Shown here: positions 8,022-16,197 of the stretch, piece after piece
Position numbering within the stretch: position 1 is the first letter of the stretch
Layout of the letters: every line of letters begins with the position of its first letter
Made by a program: the position numbers and the translations under genes
Notes under the pieces: model-generated
Seen by the model: the letters and a program-made list of their open reading frames with translations, nothing else
What the model was told of the DNA's origin: nothing
Databases searched by the model: none
Virus record (IMG/VR): IMGVR_UViG_3300005137_000002
Span: 1-45,311 of that record
DNA length: 45,311 nt
Strand: one strand, 5' to 3'
From: a virus

Positions 8022-9209
8022 ATGGCCGAGGCAATCCAGAAAAATCAACAGAATCCACAGAATCCACAGTTTTCTACAGGGCTTGCGAAAATCACCAACG
8101 CATTTGCCCCGATGATTGAACGGCAACTGGCTGGCAATGGCGTGAGGATGGATTCCTATTCCAAGCAATGCGTGATCAACGCCATTGCCGCGATCAACGC
8201 AATGCTTGAACAAAACGGGATCGACTGGAACGATCCAGCCCTCGACAGGAACAACGTCACTCACATCTTGTTAAATATCGCAGCTCTCAAACTCAATGCA
8301 TCGGCAAATCCTCGGGAAGTGTATTTCCAGATCCGTAACGTGCGGCACAAAACGAAGGATGGGAAAGAAGTCTGGAAAAAGCAAATCGAGATGGGGATCG
8401 AAGGCGACGGGAACGACGCCATTCTCGCCCGATTTGGCCGGGACGTGGCAAAGGTTGGGCAATTTTGGCTGGTCAGGGAGGGTGACGAGTTTGAGTACCC
8501 GACCTATGACGGCCTGAAAATGACGCCGCCAAAATGGCGGCCAACGGGCAAAGGTGAGGTTGTCCGTGTGGTGTATCCCATCCTGAAAAAAGACGGAACG
8601 GTTGAGTTTTACATCGCTGAACGCGACGACGTGGTGAAAAACCTGCTGGCACATGTCAACAACAACCTGATGAATGAGACGTTTGGACTGGCCAAAAACC
8701 GATATGAAGCAAAACCGGAAGCGCTGAAAAAGATTGCCGAGAAAAAGGCGGCAATCTTGGCCAAGGTTAAGGAATTGGGGCTAAAGGCGCTGGATGATCC
8801 GGAACTGCAAGAATGGATCAGCCCTGCGTGGAGAGATCCGCACAGCCGGGAATCCATGATCATCAGGAAAATGCGAAACAACATTGTCAAACGGATTCCA
8901 AAGGACTTTGGCAATGCATTCGTTGAGTTTGCCTACAGCGAGGCCACGGATGAGAACGTGGCGGAAATCCGGAGAGAGATGTCGGAGAACGCGAACCGCG
9001 AAGTGATTGATGTTGAGCCTGTTTATAGGGACGAGAAGGAGCATGATGAGCCTTCCCAGCCGAAGGAAGAACCGGAGCCTGCTGCATCGGAGGCAGCAAA
9101 GGCCGATCCAGAGAGCGAAGAACAGCCTGATCAAGTTAACATGGACACGCTTTTCTCTCCATTCGAGCAAACAGAAGGACAAGAAGAAGACGAGGTTCCT
9201 CCATTCTGA
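8022..9209 (+). CDS. Putative single-strand annealing protein (RecT-like)
   Basis: 395 aa. Sits between the SMC-like ATPase and the MBL-fold hydrolase, as in A118-like Firmicute phages. The segment LNASANPREVYFQIRNV...IEMGIEGDGNDAILARFGRDV resembles the RecT core. Acidic C-terminal tail. Not verified by search. Confidence 0.5.
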   Translation: MAEAIQKNQQNPQNPQFSTGLAKITNAFAPMIERQLAGNGVRMDSYSKQCVINAIAAINAMLEQNGIDWNDPALDRNNVTHILLNIAALKLNASANPREVYFQIRNVRHKTKDGKEVWKKQIEMGIEGDGNDAILARFGRDVAKVGQFWLVREGDEFEYPTYDGLKMTPPKWRPTGKGEVVRVVYPILKKDGTVEFYIAERDDVVKNLLAHVNNNLMNETFGLAKNRYEAKPEALKKIAEKKAAILAKVKELGLKALDDPELQEWISPAWRDPHSRESMIIRKMRNNIVKRIPKDFGNAFVEFAYSEATDENVAEIRREMSENANREVIDVEPVYRDEKEHDEPSQPKEEPEPAASEAAKADPESEEQPDQVNMDTLFSPFEQTEGQEEDEVPPF

Positions 9210-9919
9210 TGATTGAGTTTACGCCACTTGCCTCCAGCAGTCTTGGGAACTGCTATCACATCACGGATGGCAGGACGGAACTGCTGCTGGAGGCCGGGAT
9301 CAGGCTCAAAGACCTTCGGCGGAAGCTGAATTTTAGGTTATCGAGGATTGCCGGGTGCCTGGTCAGCCATGAACATGCCGACCATGCAGGCGCAGCCCAT
9401 GAAGTCATGAAGGCCGGGATCGATGTCTACGCTTCCCAAGGCACTTTTAAGGCCTTGGGAATATCCGGCCACCGCGCAAAAGTCATCAAGGCAAAACAGC
9501 CGTTTGAAGTTGGAACGTGGACGATTATGCCGTTTGACACGGTACATGACGCCGAGGAACCGCTTGGCTTCCTGCTGGCGAGCAATGCTGGGAAGGTGCT
9601 TTATCTCACCGACACCGCTTATTCAAAGTATGTGTTCAAAGGCTTAACCCACGTCCTGATTGAATGCAATTACTCCATTAACATCCTGAACCGGAACATT
9701 GCCGAAGGGCTGATGCCGGAGGCAATGAAGCCGAGACTGTTGCGTTCACACCTTGGCCTTGAGACGGTCAAGGACTTTCTCATGGCAAACGATTTGTCAC
9801 AGGTGCAGGAAATCTGGCTGCTTCATCTCAGCGCAGTCAACAGTGACGAGGAACGGTTCAAACGGGAGATTCAGGAATTAACTGGAAAACCTGTTTACGT
9901 CGCGCCGATTTCACGATGA
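9209..9919 (+). CDS. MBL-fold metallo-hydrolase (probable recombination exonuclease partner)
   Basis: HxHxDH motif (SHEHADHAG). TGATG overlap with the upstream gene. Confidence 0.85.
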   Translation: MIEFTPLASSSLGNCYHITDGRTELLLEAGIRLKDLRRKLNFRLSRIAGCLVSHEHADHAGAAHEVMKAGIDVYASQGTFKALGISGHRAKVIKAKQPFEVGTWTIMPFDTVHDAEEPLGFLLASNAGKVLYLTDTAYSKYVFKGLTHVLIECNYSINILNRNIAEGLMPEAMKPRLLRSHLGLETVKDFLMANDLSQVQEIWLLHLSAVNSDEERFKREIQELTGKPVYVAPISR

Positions 9920-9952
9920 AGTCACGAGTGTGTCACGAGTGTGTCACGAGTG
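9910..9952. repeat. Iteron set A: four (G)TCACGA(G) units with 11-bp phasing
   Basis: TCACGA at 9911, 9922, 9933 and 9944, immediately upstream of and overlapping the initiator gene start. Confidence 0.7.
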
Positions 9953-10831
9953 GGGGTAACGATATTGAGCAGAAAACTTGACTGGTTCCGTTTGTATTCC
10001 GAGATAAGACGCGATCCAAAAATACGCAGACTGACGCCGGAAGAACGTTGGCTGTGGATTGTCGTCTTGTGCATTGCATCAGATTCACCCATTCGAGGGC
10101 GGCTTTTGATGAGTGAGGACTTTCCGTATGAGGTTCCAGACATTGCAGATGAAGCCGCTTTGCCTGTTGACGTAACGGAAAAAGGGATTGATAAACTGAT
10201 CCGTTTCGGCCTTTTGGAGCGCGATAATCAAGGGATTTTCAGTGTTCCAAAGTGGGACGAAAGACAATATGACAACCCAAGCGACACACCGGAGGCCACT
10301 CGTGAACGCAAAAGAAGATCCCGGGAGAGGAAAAAGGCAGAACAGGAAAAGTCACGGCAAAGTCACGACAGTGTCACGAGTGTGTCACGAGAAAATCACG
10401 AGGAAAGCACGAGAAGTCACGACATAGATCCAGATACAGATCCAGATATATATAGATCTACTACTACTACTACTACTAAGGCCGAGGAAAAAAACGGAAA
10501 AAAGAGCTTTATCCAAGCCCATGAGGAAGCCTTCGGATTCAGTCCGACGCCAGCGCAGATTGACCTTATCAACACGTACCTTGATGACGGCATGGATGAG
10601 CAGGTGGTTATCAGGGCAATTGAGCGTGCGGCAGTTTCAGGCACTGGACATAGCTTTACCCTGATCAGGAAAATCCTGAATGATTATCTTTCGGTTGGCG
10701 CTTTGACTCTTGAGAAAGCCATAGCCTTTGACAACGAATTCGAGCGCCGAAGGAGGCTTGCACATGGCGCAAAACCAAATCGGACAAGTCATCAATCATA
10801 TCCTGATGACATCAACGCCATCAGCCTGTGA
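9941..10831 (+). CDS. Replication initiator / replisome organiser with C-terminal DnaD domain
   Basis: N-terminal LDWFRLYSEIRRDPKIRRLTPEERWLW (phage replisome-organiser type). C-terminal FGFSPTPAQIDLINTYLDDGMDEQVVIRAIERA (DnaD type). The start may be TTG 9965 (GGGGG SD) rather than GTG 9941. Confidence 0.8.
   Translation: MSRVGVTILSRKLDWFRLYSEIRRDPKIRRLTPEERWLWIVVLCIASDSPIRGRLLMSEDFPYEVPDIADEAALPVDVTEKGIDKLIRFGLLERDNQGIFSVPKWDERQYDNPSDTPEATRERKRRSRERKKAEQEKSRQSHDSVTSVSRENHEESTRSHDIDPDTDPDIYRSTTTTTTKAEEKNGKKSFIQAHEEAFGFSPTPAQIDLINTYLDDGMDEQVVIRAIERAAVSGTGHSFTLIRKILNDYLSVGALTLEKAIAFDNEFERRRRLAHGAKPNRTSHQSYPDDINAISL
10351..10423. repeat. Iteron set B: seven (G)TCACG(A) units at 11-bp phasing inside the initiator gene (probable ori)
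   Basis: CACG cores at 10353, 10364, 10375, 10386, 10397, 10408 and 10418. Confidence 0.7.
10426..10473. repeat. AT-rich repeat tract next to the iterons (possible unwinding element)
   Basis: AGATCCAGATA twice (10426-10436, 10438-10448), then ATATATA, then (TAC)5 at 10459-10473. It encodes the linker SRSHDIDPDTDPDIYRSTTTTTTK. Confidence 0.5.
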
Positions 10832-11603
10832 GCATGTTTGTCCCCATTGTGGTCGGACGGTCCCGAAGATGGAGGTCACCATCCTTGGCAAAAAATGTAC
10901 CGTGCAGCCGAGTTGCCGCTGTGAAGTCCAGCACTTCGAGGACGAAATCAGGCGAATGAGGGAAGCGCAAATCAAAGCCGAGATTGAGCGCATTTTTCCC
11001 GTTAGTGAGCTAGGACAACGGTTCGAGGGTTGCACATTTGAGAACTTCATTATCCGTAAAGGGACGGAGATGGCATTTCAGGTATCACAGGAGTTTGTGG
11101 GAAATTTTGCGGCGGACAAGCCTGACGGTGTTCTCATTTGGGGCCCTCCCGGAAACGGGAAAAGCCATTTGGCGGCCGCGGTAACCAATTGCCTGCTGAA
11201 AAAAGGATTTACGGTTGTGTTCGTGACGATGCCGGAGCTTCTAGAGCGGATCAGAAACACGTTTAACCGGGATGAGCCAGAGAACGAGGCGGATCTCATG
11301 CGAGCACTTTTGTTGTGCGATCTTCTCGTTATTGACGACTTGGGCGCCGAAAAGGTGACCGATTGGACACAGGACGTCCTCTTGAGAATCATTGACAAGC
11401 GATATAGGCGGATGAAGCCGATGTTTCTGACGAGTAACTATGAGCCGGGGGAATTGATGTACCGTCTGGATGACAAGGGGCGTTTGTACGACAGGATCGT
11501 GGAATTCGCCGTGCCTGTTCAGAACAAGGCGTCAAGTTTCCGGATGGAGCAAGGCAAAAAGCGGATTTCAGACCTGATAAGGAGGTTCAAAGGCAATGTG
11601 TGA
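10764..11603 (+). CDS. DnaC/IstB-like AAA+ helicase loader
   Basis: Walker A GPPGNGKSHLAAA and Walker B LLVIDDLGAEK, with an N-terminal Cys cluster. ATG 10764 follows AGGAGG. Confidence 0.85.
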   Translation: MAQNQIGQVINHILMTSTPSACEHVCPHCGRTVPKMEVTILGKKCTVQPSCRCEVQHFEDEIRRMREAQIKAEIERIFPVSELGQRFEGCTFENFIIRKGTEMAFQVSQEFVGNFAADKPDGVLIWGPPGNGKSHLAAAVTNCLLKKGFTVVFVTMPELLERIRNTFNRDEPENEADLMRALLLCDLLVIDDLGAEKVTDWTQDVLLRIIDKRYRRMKPMFLTSNYEPGELMYRLDDKGRLYDRIVEFAVPVQNKASSFRMEQGKKRISDLIRRFKGNV

Positions 11604-11763
11604 ATGTGGCGGCAAGGGAGCCATTGTCGAGATGTTAACGCCGGGTATGTATGTCTTCCTGCCGTGCAAGTGCGCCAATCCGCAACGCGCGGAGGAAGAA
11701 TTGAGGGCATGGTTGGATGAAATCAGGGATGAACAGGAAAAGGACGCAGTGGCTGGTATATAG
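11596..11763 (+). CDS. Small Cys-rich protein (55 aa, below the track cutoff)
   Basis: TAAGGAGGT SD 10 nt upstream. MCECGGKG...LPCKCANP suggests a zinc ribbon. Frame read by hand to TAG 11761-11763. Confidence 0.4.
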   Translation: MCECGGKGAIVEMLTPGMYVFLPCKCANPQRAEEELRAWLDEIRDEQEKDAVAGI

Positions 11764-11992
11764 GCGCGGCGAAGCCTACGAAAAATCCATCAGCAAATAT
11801 GAATCCGTCTTCTTGTTCAAGGAGCCGGACGGTTGGTGCGCTTGGTATGGCAGGTGGAGCCCAAAGTATTTTGGCGAAAAGCCAGCGAGTCAGTTTGACA
11901 TTGTGACCGGGGCCACCTTTGAGGTAGCAGTACGGAAGGCAAACGAGTTTATCGAGAGGCACAAGAAAAGGGGAGGAACGCCGGATGATTGA
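11717..11992 (+). CDS. Hypothetical protein
   Basis: 91-aa ORF on the coding strand. Weak SD, and the start (11717 or 11729) is uncertain. Confidence 0.4.
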   Translation: MKSGMNRKRTQWLVYRRGEAYEKSISKYESVFLFKEPDGWCAWYGRWSPKYFGEKPASQFDIVTGATFEVAVRKANEFIERHKKRGGTPDD

Positions 11993-12614
11993 ACTTCATG
12001 TCCGAAACGGCCACAGGGAAGCCTCGTTGAAAACCGAGAGCATGACCGAAAAGCAAATGGATTTCCTGCTTGAACGTACCTTCCAGGTACTTACCTATTC
12101 CGAGCATGAAAAAACGCCGCCACGGGCCGCACAGACGGCGAGAGACGGCAATAAGCAGGACGGGATCATGCTGTTTACACATGCCGAGCAGGAAAAGGCT
12201 GTCCAAACTGAACAGGCGGAACAAACGGGGCAAGAAAAGGACACGACACAGGAAGAACCGGAGCATTGGAGGACTGGAATCATCGTCAAAGACGGAGAAC
12301 CGCTATACAAGTTGCGGTTCGAGTGTCCGAATTGCGGATGCAAAAAGAACCTCTACAAGCCGTTGGGAATTGAGAAAGTCGAGTGCCGGGAGTGCATGTC
12401 ACTGGTAAAGGTCGAACCTGCAACGGAAAAAGGTTTCGGGCCCACAGAGGCACACAGGGATGCATGGGGCAATTTTATGGTTGCCCGGAAGCAGGCAAAT
12501 CGTCCTCGCCAGTTGCCGTTATTGGGACAGGAAACAAGAAGCACGTTTCCAATCGCAGAGCTAATTCGGGAGGATGAGAGGAATGAGCTTGTTGGCGTCA
12601 ATCGAGAAGGCTAA
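11985..12614 (+). CDS. Hypothetical protein with internal zinc ribbon
   Basis: AGGGGAGGA SD. Contains CPNCGC...CRECMS. Confidence 0.6.
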   Translation: MIELHVRNGHREASLKTESMTEKQMDFLLERTFQVLTYSEHEKTPPRAAQTARDGNKQDGIMLFTHAEQEKAVQTEQAEQTGQEKDTTQEEPEHWRTGIIVKDGEPLYKLRFECPNCGCKKNLYKPLGIEKVECRECMSLVKVEPATEKGFGPTEAHRDAWGNFMVARKQANRPRQLPLLGQETRSTFPIAELIREDERNELVGVNREG

Positions 12615-12735
12615 GGAAATGACACACCACCGCTGCGAAAAGTGCGGTGTCTTGCTTAAACGGATCGAATATGAGGAGTACGGATGCTGCATGAACTGTG
12701 TTCTGGAAAGACATGATGACGATGAAGAAAGGTGA
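12583..12735 (+). CDS. Small Cys4 protein (50 aa, below the track cutoff)
   Basis: GGGAGGATGAGAGGA SD. HRCEKCG...GCCMNC. Confidence 0.35.
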   Translation: MSLLASIEKAKEMTHHRCEKCGVLLKRIEYEEYGCCMNCVLERHDDDEER

Positions 12736-12955
12736 TGATGTGTCAGACTATATTGCGCTTGAAGAACTGGATTTCCTTTGGTCGCTTCAGGAAGTTAAAG
12801 CTTTTGATCGAATGTGGGAACAAGGCCTATCCGTCTACGAGATCGCCAAAGCTCTAAACCGTGACCCGGACGAGATCGCGGTTCTGGCAATAGATCGGGC
12901 AAGGAAGGGGAAAATCGGGCAAAGGAAGGGCGGTGCGTATGGATCAACGGGATAA
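12713..12955 (+). CDS. Hypothetical protein, possible HTH
   Basis: LSVYEIAKALNRDPDEIAVLAIDRARKG looks HTH-like. Start uncertain (GTG 12698 or ATG 12713). Confidence 0.45.
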   Translation: MMTMKKGDDVSDYIALEELDFLWSLQEVKAFDRMWEQGLSVYEIAKALNRDPDEIAVLAIDRARKGKIGQRKGGAYGSTG

Positions 12956-13247
12956 AGCCGCAATTGATCAGGAATGGTTCAAGACGGTTGGGCAAATGCA
13001 TTTGGATAGGTTTATGGGCATGGTTGAGACTGCGATCCGGATTGCCCAAGAGAACCGGATCGATTTGCGGACAATCGACGTAAATGATTTATTCCGCGTT
13101 TATCGCGGGGATATTCCTAAACTAACAGAGTCGCAGGAAGAAGAAATCCGCAGGTTGTACAACAACGGGATGCGCGTCATGGACTTGGCAAGGCGATACG
13201 GCGTCGATTGGGCACAGATCAAGCGGATTGTGAGGAAAGAAGCGTGA
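12939..13247 (+). CDS. Hypothetical protein with C-terminal HTH
   Basis: AAGGAAGGG SD. C-terminal IRRLYNNGMRVMDLARRYGVDWAQIKRIV. Confidence 0.55.
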   Translation: MDQRDKAAIDQEWFKTVGQMHLDRFMGMVETAIRIAQENRIDLRTIDVNDLFRVYRGDIPKLTESQEEEIRRLYNNGMRVMDLARRYGVDWAQIKRIVRKEA

Positions 13248-13251
13248 AAGG

Positions 13252-13815
13252 GTGAGACGCTTGAGGTTCGTTGGCCTTGATCCTAGCACAAAAACAGGCT
13301 TTGTGGCCTTGGGTATCGACGGGGAAGTGCTGGAGGCCGAGGAATTGCAAGGAAACGGAGAACAAGATCCGGAACGGATGGTCACGCTGATCGATGACGT
13401 GATGGCGAAGGTGCAGGCCGGAGACGTGATTTGCATTGAAGGCTTTGGATTCAATTCACAGAAAGGCTTTCACCTCGGTGGAATTGGGTGGGGAATCCGG
13501 ATGGGGCTATATCGCCGCCAAATCCCTTATATCGAGGTGACGCCTGCACAGTTGAAAAAATTCGCAACCGGGAAAGGCGTTGCGAAGAAGGATGAACTGG
13601 CGGTGGCCATATTCAAGCGGTGGGGTTTTGAGAGCAGCAGCGACAACGTGCGCGACGCGTACATTCTGGCGCAGATCGCAAGACATATTTACGCATTATT
13701 GAATGACGGGAAAGTGAAAGGGACGAAAGGTCAGTACGAAGTGATCAAGGCAATCTTGGAAAACAAGCCGGATCGCAAGAAAAAAGGCCGCAGGGGGAAT
13801 GGCCGTGAAAAGTAA
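13252..13815 (+). CDS. RuvC-like Holliday junction resolvase
   Basis: N-terminal FVGLDPSTKTGFVAL (RuvC GxDPxxxxTG pattern) and C-terminal DNVRDAYILAQIA acidic motif. Confidence 0.65.
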   Translation: MRRLRFVGLDPSTKTGFVALGIDGEVLEAEELQGNGEQDPERMVTLIDDVMAKVQAGDVICIEGFGFNSQKGFHLGGIGWGIRMGLYRRQIPYIEVTPAQLKKFATGKGVAKKDELAVAIFKRWGFESSSDNVRDAYILAQIARHIYALLNDGKVKGTKGQYEVIKAILENKPDRKKKGRRGNGREK

Positions 13816-13940
13816 GGTAAGTGCATCCGTTGAAAGGCTGAAAGCAGGATCGATGAATTGAAGTCAGGTATCAGGAGGATTCGGGATGACGTTGAGATGC
13901 TAAAGCAAATTGTCGGTGTATGAAGATGGGAGGGGTGAAA

Positions 13941-14876
13941 ATGGCATGGAAAACAAACATCGAATGGACGGATGCCACATGGAACCCGGTGACAGGATGC
14001 TCGAAAGTCAGTGACGGATGCAAGAATTGTTACGCGGAACGATTGTCACATAGATTCGGGTGGACAAGCAAGCCGTGGACGGCGGCCAATGCGGCTGAGA
14101 ACGTGATACTGAACCTTGAACGTTTGGAGCAGCCACTACGGTGGAAAAAACCACGGCGAATTTTCGTGAACAGCATGTCGGACCTGTTTCATGAGCAAGT
14201 TCCTGATTGGTTTATCCGCAAGGTGTTTCAGGTGATGGCAGAAGCAAATTGGCATATTTTTCAAGTGCTCACCAAACGCCCAAAACGCATGAAAGAAATG
14301 ATCGAACGATTGGGACCGGAGTTTGATGGGATGATTTACAACGGAACAAAGGAATCGTGGCCCATACCAAACGTCTGGCTCGGTGTAAGCGCGGAAAACC
14401 AGAAGGCTGCTGACGAGCGAATCCCACTGCTTTTGCAAACGCCAGCAGCGGTGAGGTTTCTGTCATGCGAGCCGTTGTTGGGGCCTGTGCAGATCCCCGA
14501 AGTCTTCTTGAAGAAACTCGACTGGGGCGAAGGCCCAAAAGATTGGCCGGATGGCGCCGGAACTATCGACTGGGTCATCGTTGGCGGAGAGACTGGTCCC
14601 GGGTCAAGGCCGATGCATCCTGATTGGGTGCGTAGCATCCGGGATCAGTGTGTGGAGGCAGGGGTACCGTTCTTCTTCAAGTCTTGGGGCGAATGGCTGC
14701 ATCCCTATCTTATTCGGGATGGGCAAACCGCCATGATGGAATGGGCAGGACGATTCAAGATGTACGAGTTTGATACCGACAACGTATTAAGCAGGGTAGG
14801 ACGCAGAAGGGCAGGACGATATTTAGATGGCCGAACGTGGGATGAAATGCCGGGAGGACAATCAGATGAAGGTTGA
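13941..14876 (+). CDS. Phage Gp37/Gp68-family protein (DUF5131)
   Basis: Hallmark N-terminus IEWTDATWNPVTGCSKVSDGCKNCYAE. ATG 13941 follows GGGAGGGGTG. Confidence 0.8.
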   Translation: MAWKTNIEWTDATWNPVTGCSKVSDGCKNCYAERLSHRFGWTSKPWTAANAAENVILNLERLEQPLRWKKPRRIFVNSMSDLFHEQVPDWFIRKVFQVMAEANWHIFQVLTKRPKRMKEMIERLGPEFDGMIYNGTKESWPIPNVWLGVSAENQKAADERIPLLLQTPAAVRFLSCEPLLGPVQIPEVFLKKLDWGEGPKDWPDGAGTIDWVIVGGETGPGSRPMHPDWVRSIRDQCVEAGVPFFFKSWGEWLHPYLIRDGQTAMMEWAGRFKMYEFDTDNVLSRVGRRRAGRYLDGRTWDEMPGGQSDEG

Positions 14877-15078
14877 GCTAGAGAGACATCTTGATGATCG
14901 CGTCATTTATGTTCAGTCAGACGGAACAGGCTTTACAGTTGTGGAATGTGAAAAGCTGGAAAACGGCACAGTCAATCCAATACCGCTGAGGATGAAGACA
15001 TGCAGGAATCTGAATAAAGCTTTGGAGACAGCCGATGAATGGGAGGATGAGGGCTGCCTCCAAAGCCAAAAGGAATGA
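14866..15078 (+). CDS. Hypothetical protein (70 aa)
   Basis: GGGAGGA SD 8 nt upstream of ATG 14866. 11-nt overlap with the upstream gene. Confidence 0.5.
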   Translation: MKVELERHLDDRVIYVQSDGTGFTVVECEKLENGTVNPIPLRMKTCRNLNKALETADEWEDEGCLQSQKE

Positions 15079-15109
15079 CAAGTTGGACAAGCAGGTTGGA
15101 GGGTGAACG

Positions 15110-15286
15110 ATGGAAAAACAGATGATTGAGCAAGAGTTGGCCAAGGCAAGGGCTGAGTATATCCGCCTTTTGGAGCTTGAAAGAAACGCTGATCCACGTT
15201 ATGTGGATTCGATCATCTACCGGATCAAGGCACAGGAAGCCATGGTGAATGCATTGCGGAAAGAGCTTGAGGAACGTGTGTCATAG
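15110..15286 (+). CDS. Small coiled-coil protein (58 aa, below the track cutoff), DUF2508/YaaL-like
   Basis: GGAGGGTGA SD. ...ADPRYVDSIIYRIKAQEAMVNALRKEL resembles the YaaL family from memory. Confidence 0.4.
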   Translation: MEKQMIEQELAKARAEYIRLLELERNADPRYVDSIIYRIKAQEAMVNALRKELEERVS

Positions 15287-15326
15287 GGAGAGCCTGAAAA
15301 TGACATGGACACAAAGGTGATGCGAA

Positions 15327-15779
15327 GTGAGAGCATACCTGAACAACGAAGATCGCAAAAGGGTCTTGATGTTGATGGCTTTTCGCAGGGTATTTGAGGA
15401 AGTCGAACAGAGGGAGAAGCTGAAAGAGCTTTTTGGTGAGCACTTTTCAGACCTGAAGCGTGGCAAGTCGTTTATTGAAAGGGCCCTGAAGCATGGATTG
15501 GCTCCAAAGTTGGATGAAAAACAGTCGAAGATGATCGCGAACATGGCCAAAACTCACGTGCTTTTGTTGGAAGGCAAGGCAGCGCCGCAGGGCAAAGAGG
15601 AAGTCTACATGGAGGCAGATAACTTTTTCGACATGGCGGAACTGGCTATCGGAAACAATTGCACGGGATGTCAGTTGTCAGACTACCAGAATTGCCGGGT
15701 GTATCAGGTACTTCAACGGTGCGAAGTGCCGCCTGCTGACACCAAGATCACGAATGATGATTGCCCGTACAAGCAGTAA
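15327..15779 (+). CDS. Hypothetical protein, Cys-rich C-terminus
   Basis: 150 aa, GTG start after AAAGGTGA. C-terminal NNCTGCQLSDYQNC...DDCPY. Confidence 0.55.
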   Translation: MRAYLNNEDRKRVLMLMAFRRVFEEVEQREKLKELFGEHFSDLKRGKSFIERALKHGLAPKLDEKQSKMIANMAKTHVLLLEGKAAPQGKEEVYMEADNFFDMAELAIGNNCTGCQLSDYQNCRVYQVLQRCEVPPADTKITNDDCPYKQ

Positions 15780-15923
15780 GGAGGGATGATTGCAAAATGG
15801 TGTTCCTTTCATTCGACAAATGGAGCAGCGCAGCCGGCCGCTTGTTTATCAGGAAACGGATATATCGTCATGGCCGATGGACGCCTTTTGTCACCGTCCA
15901 TCGGCGGTACAGGAGTGGTTAAG

Positions 15924-16166
15924 ATGGCCAAGAAGAAGCGCAAAAAGAAACAGCCCGTGCAGCAGCCAAAGGCGCGGAAAGTTAAGGTTGTTGGGCCGCC
16001 GCTGTATGAGTTGACGGAGCGAATCCGGATCGTCTTGGAGGAAGAGCTTTGGTACAAGAAGCAGCGTGCGATTGAAAATCCGAAACCGGAAACGCTTTGG
16101 CTGGCCGAAAGGGTGCAAAATGCGCTGGATGCGCTGAATGAACTGGAAAGACGGGCAGCAAAGTGA
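15924..16166 (+). CDS. Hypothetical basic protein (80 aa)
   Basis: CAGGAGTGG SD. N-terminal MAKKKRKKKQP. Confidence 0.5.
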   Translation: MAKKKRKKKQPVQQPKARKVKVVGPPLYELTERIRIVLEEELWYKKQRAIENPKPETLWLAERVQNALDALNELERRAAK

Positions 16167-16197
16167 AGGCAAAAAACTGGAGAGGGGAAGTTGACAA

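Noticed and set aside
7338-8264. 308-aa minus-strand ORF, together with similar long antisense ORFs at 20514-21137, 22458-23075, 23021-23740, 30919-31836 and 34582-35199
   Set aside because: Each lies entirely antisense to a plus-strand gene that has clear motifs. They lack SD sites and have odd composition (His/Phe/Leu/Val-rich shadows of Glu/Lys-rich coiled coils). They are shadow frames.
6039-9919. SMC-like ATPase plus nuclease-fold neighbour as a Lamassu- or Wadjet-like defence system
   Set aside because: The context is a standard phage recombination/replication block: RecT-like annealase, MBL-fold exonuclease, DnaD initiator, DnaC loader. The same ATPase/annealase/MBL trio is familiar from A118-like Firmicute phages, and no separate effector gene is present.
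16191-16196. TTGACA hexamer just before the P-loop kinase gene as a promoter
   Set aside because: It overlaps the start codon region, and no -10 element lies at a suitable distance downstream before the coding sequence. It is probably fortuitous.
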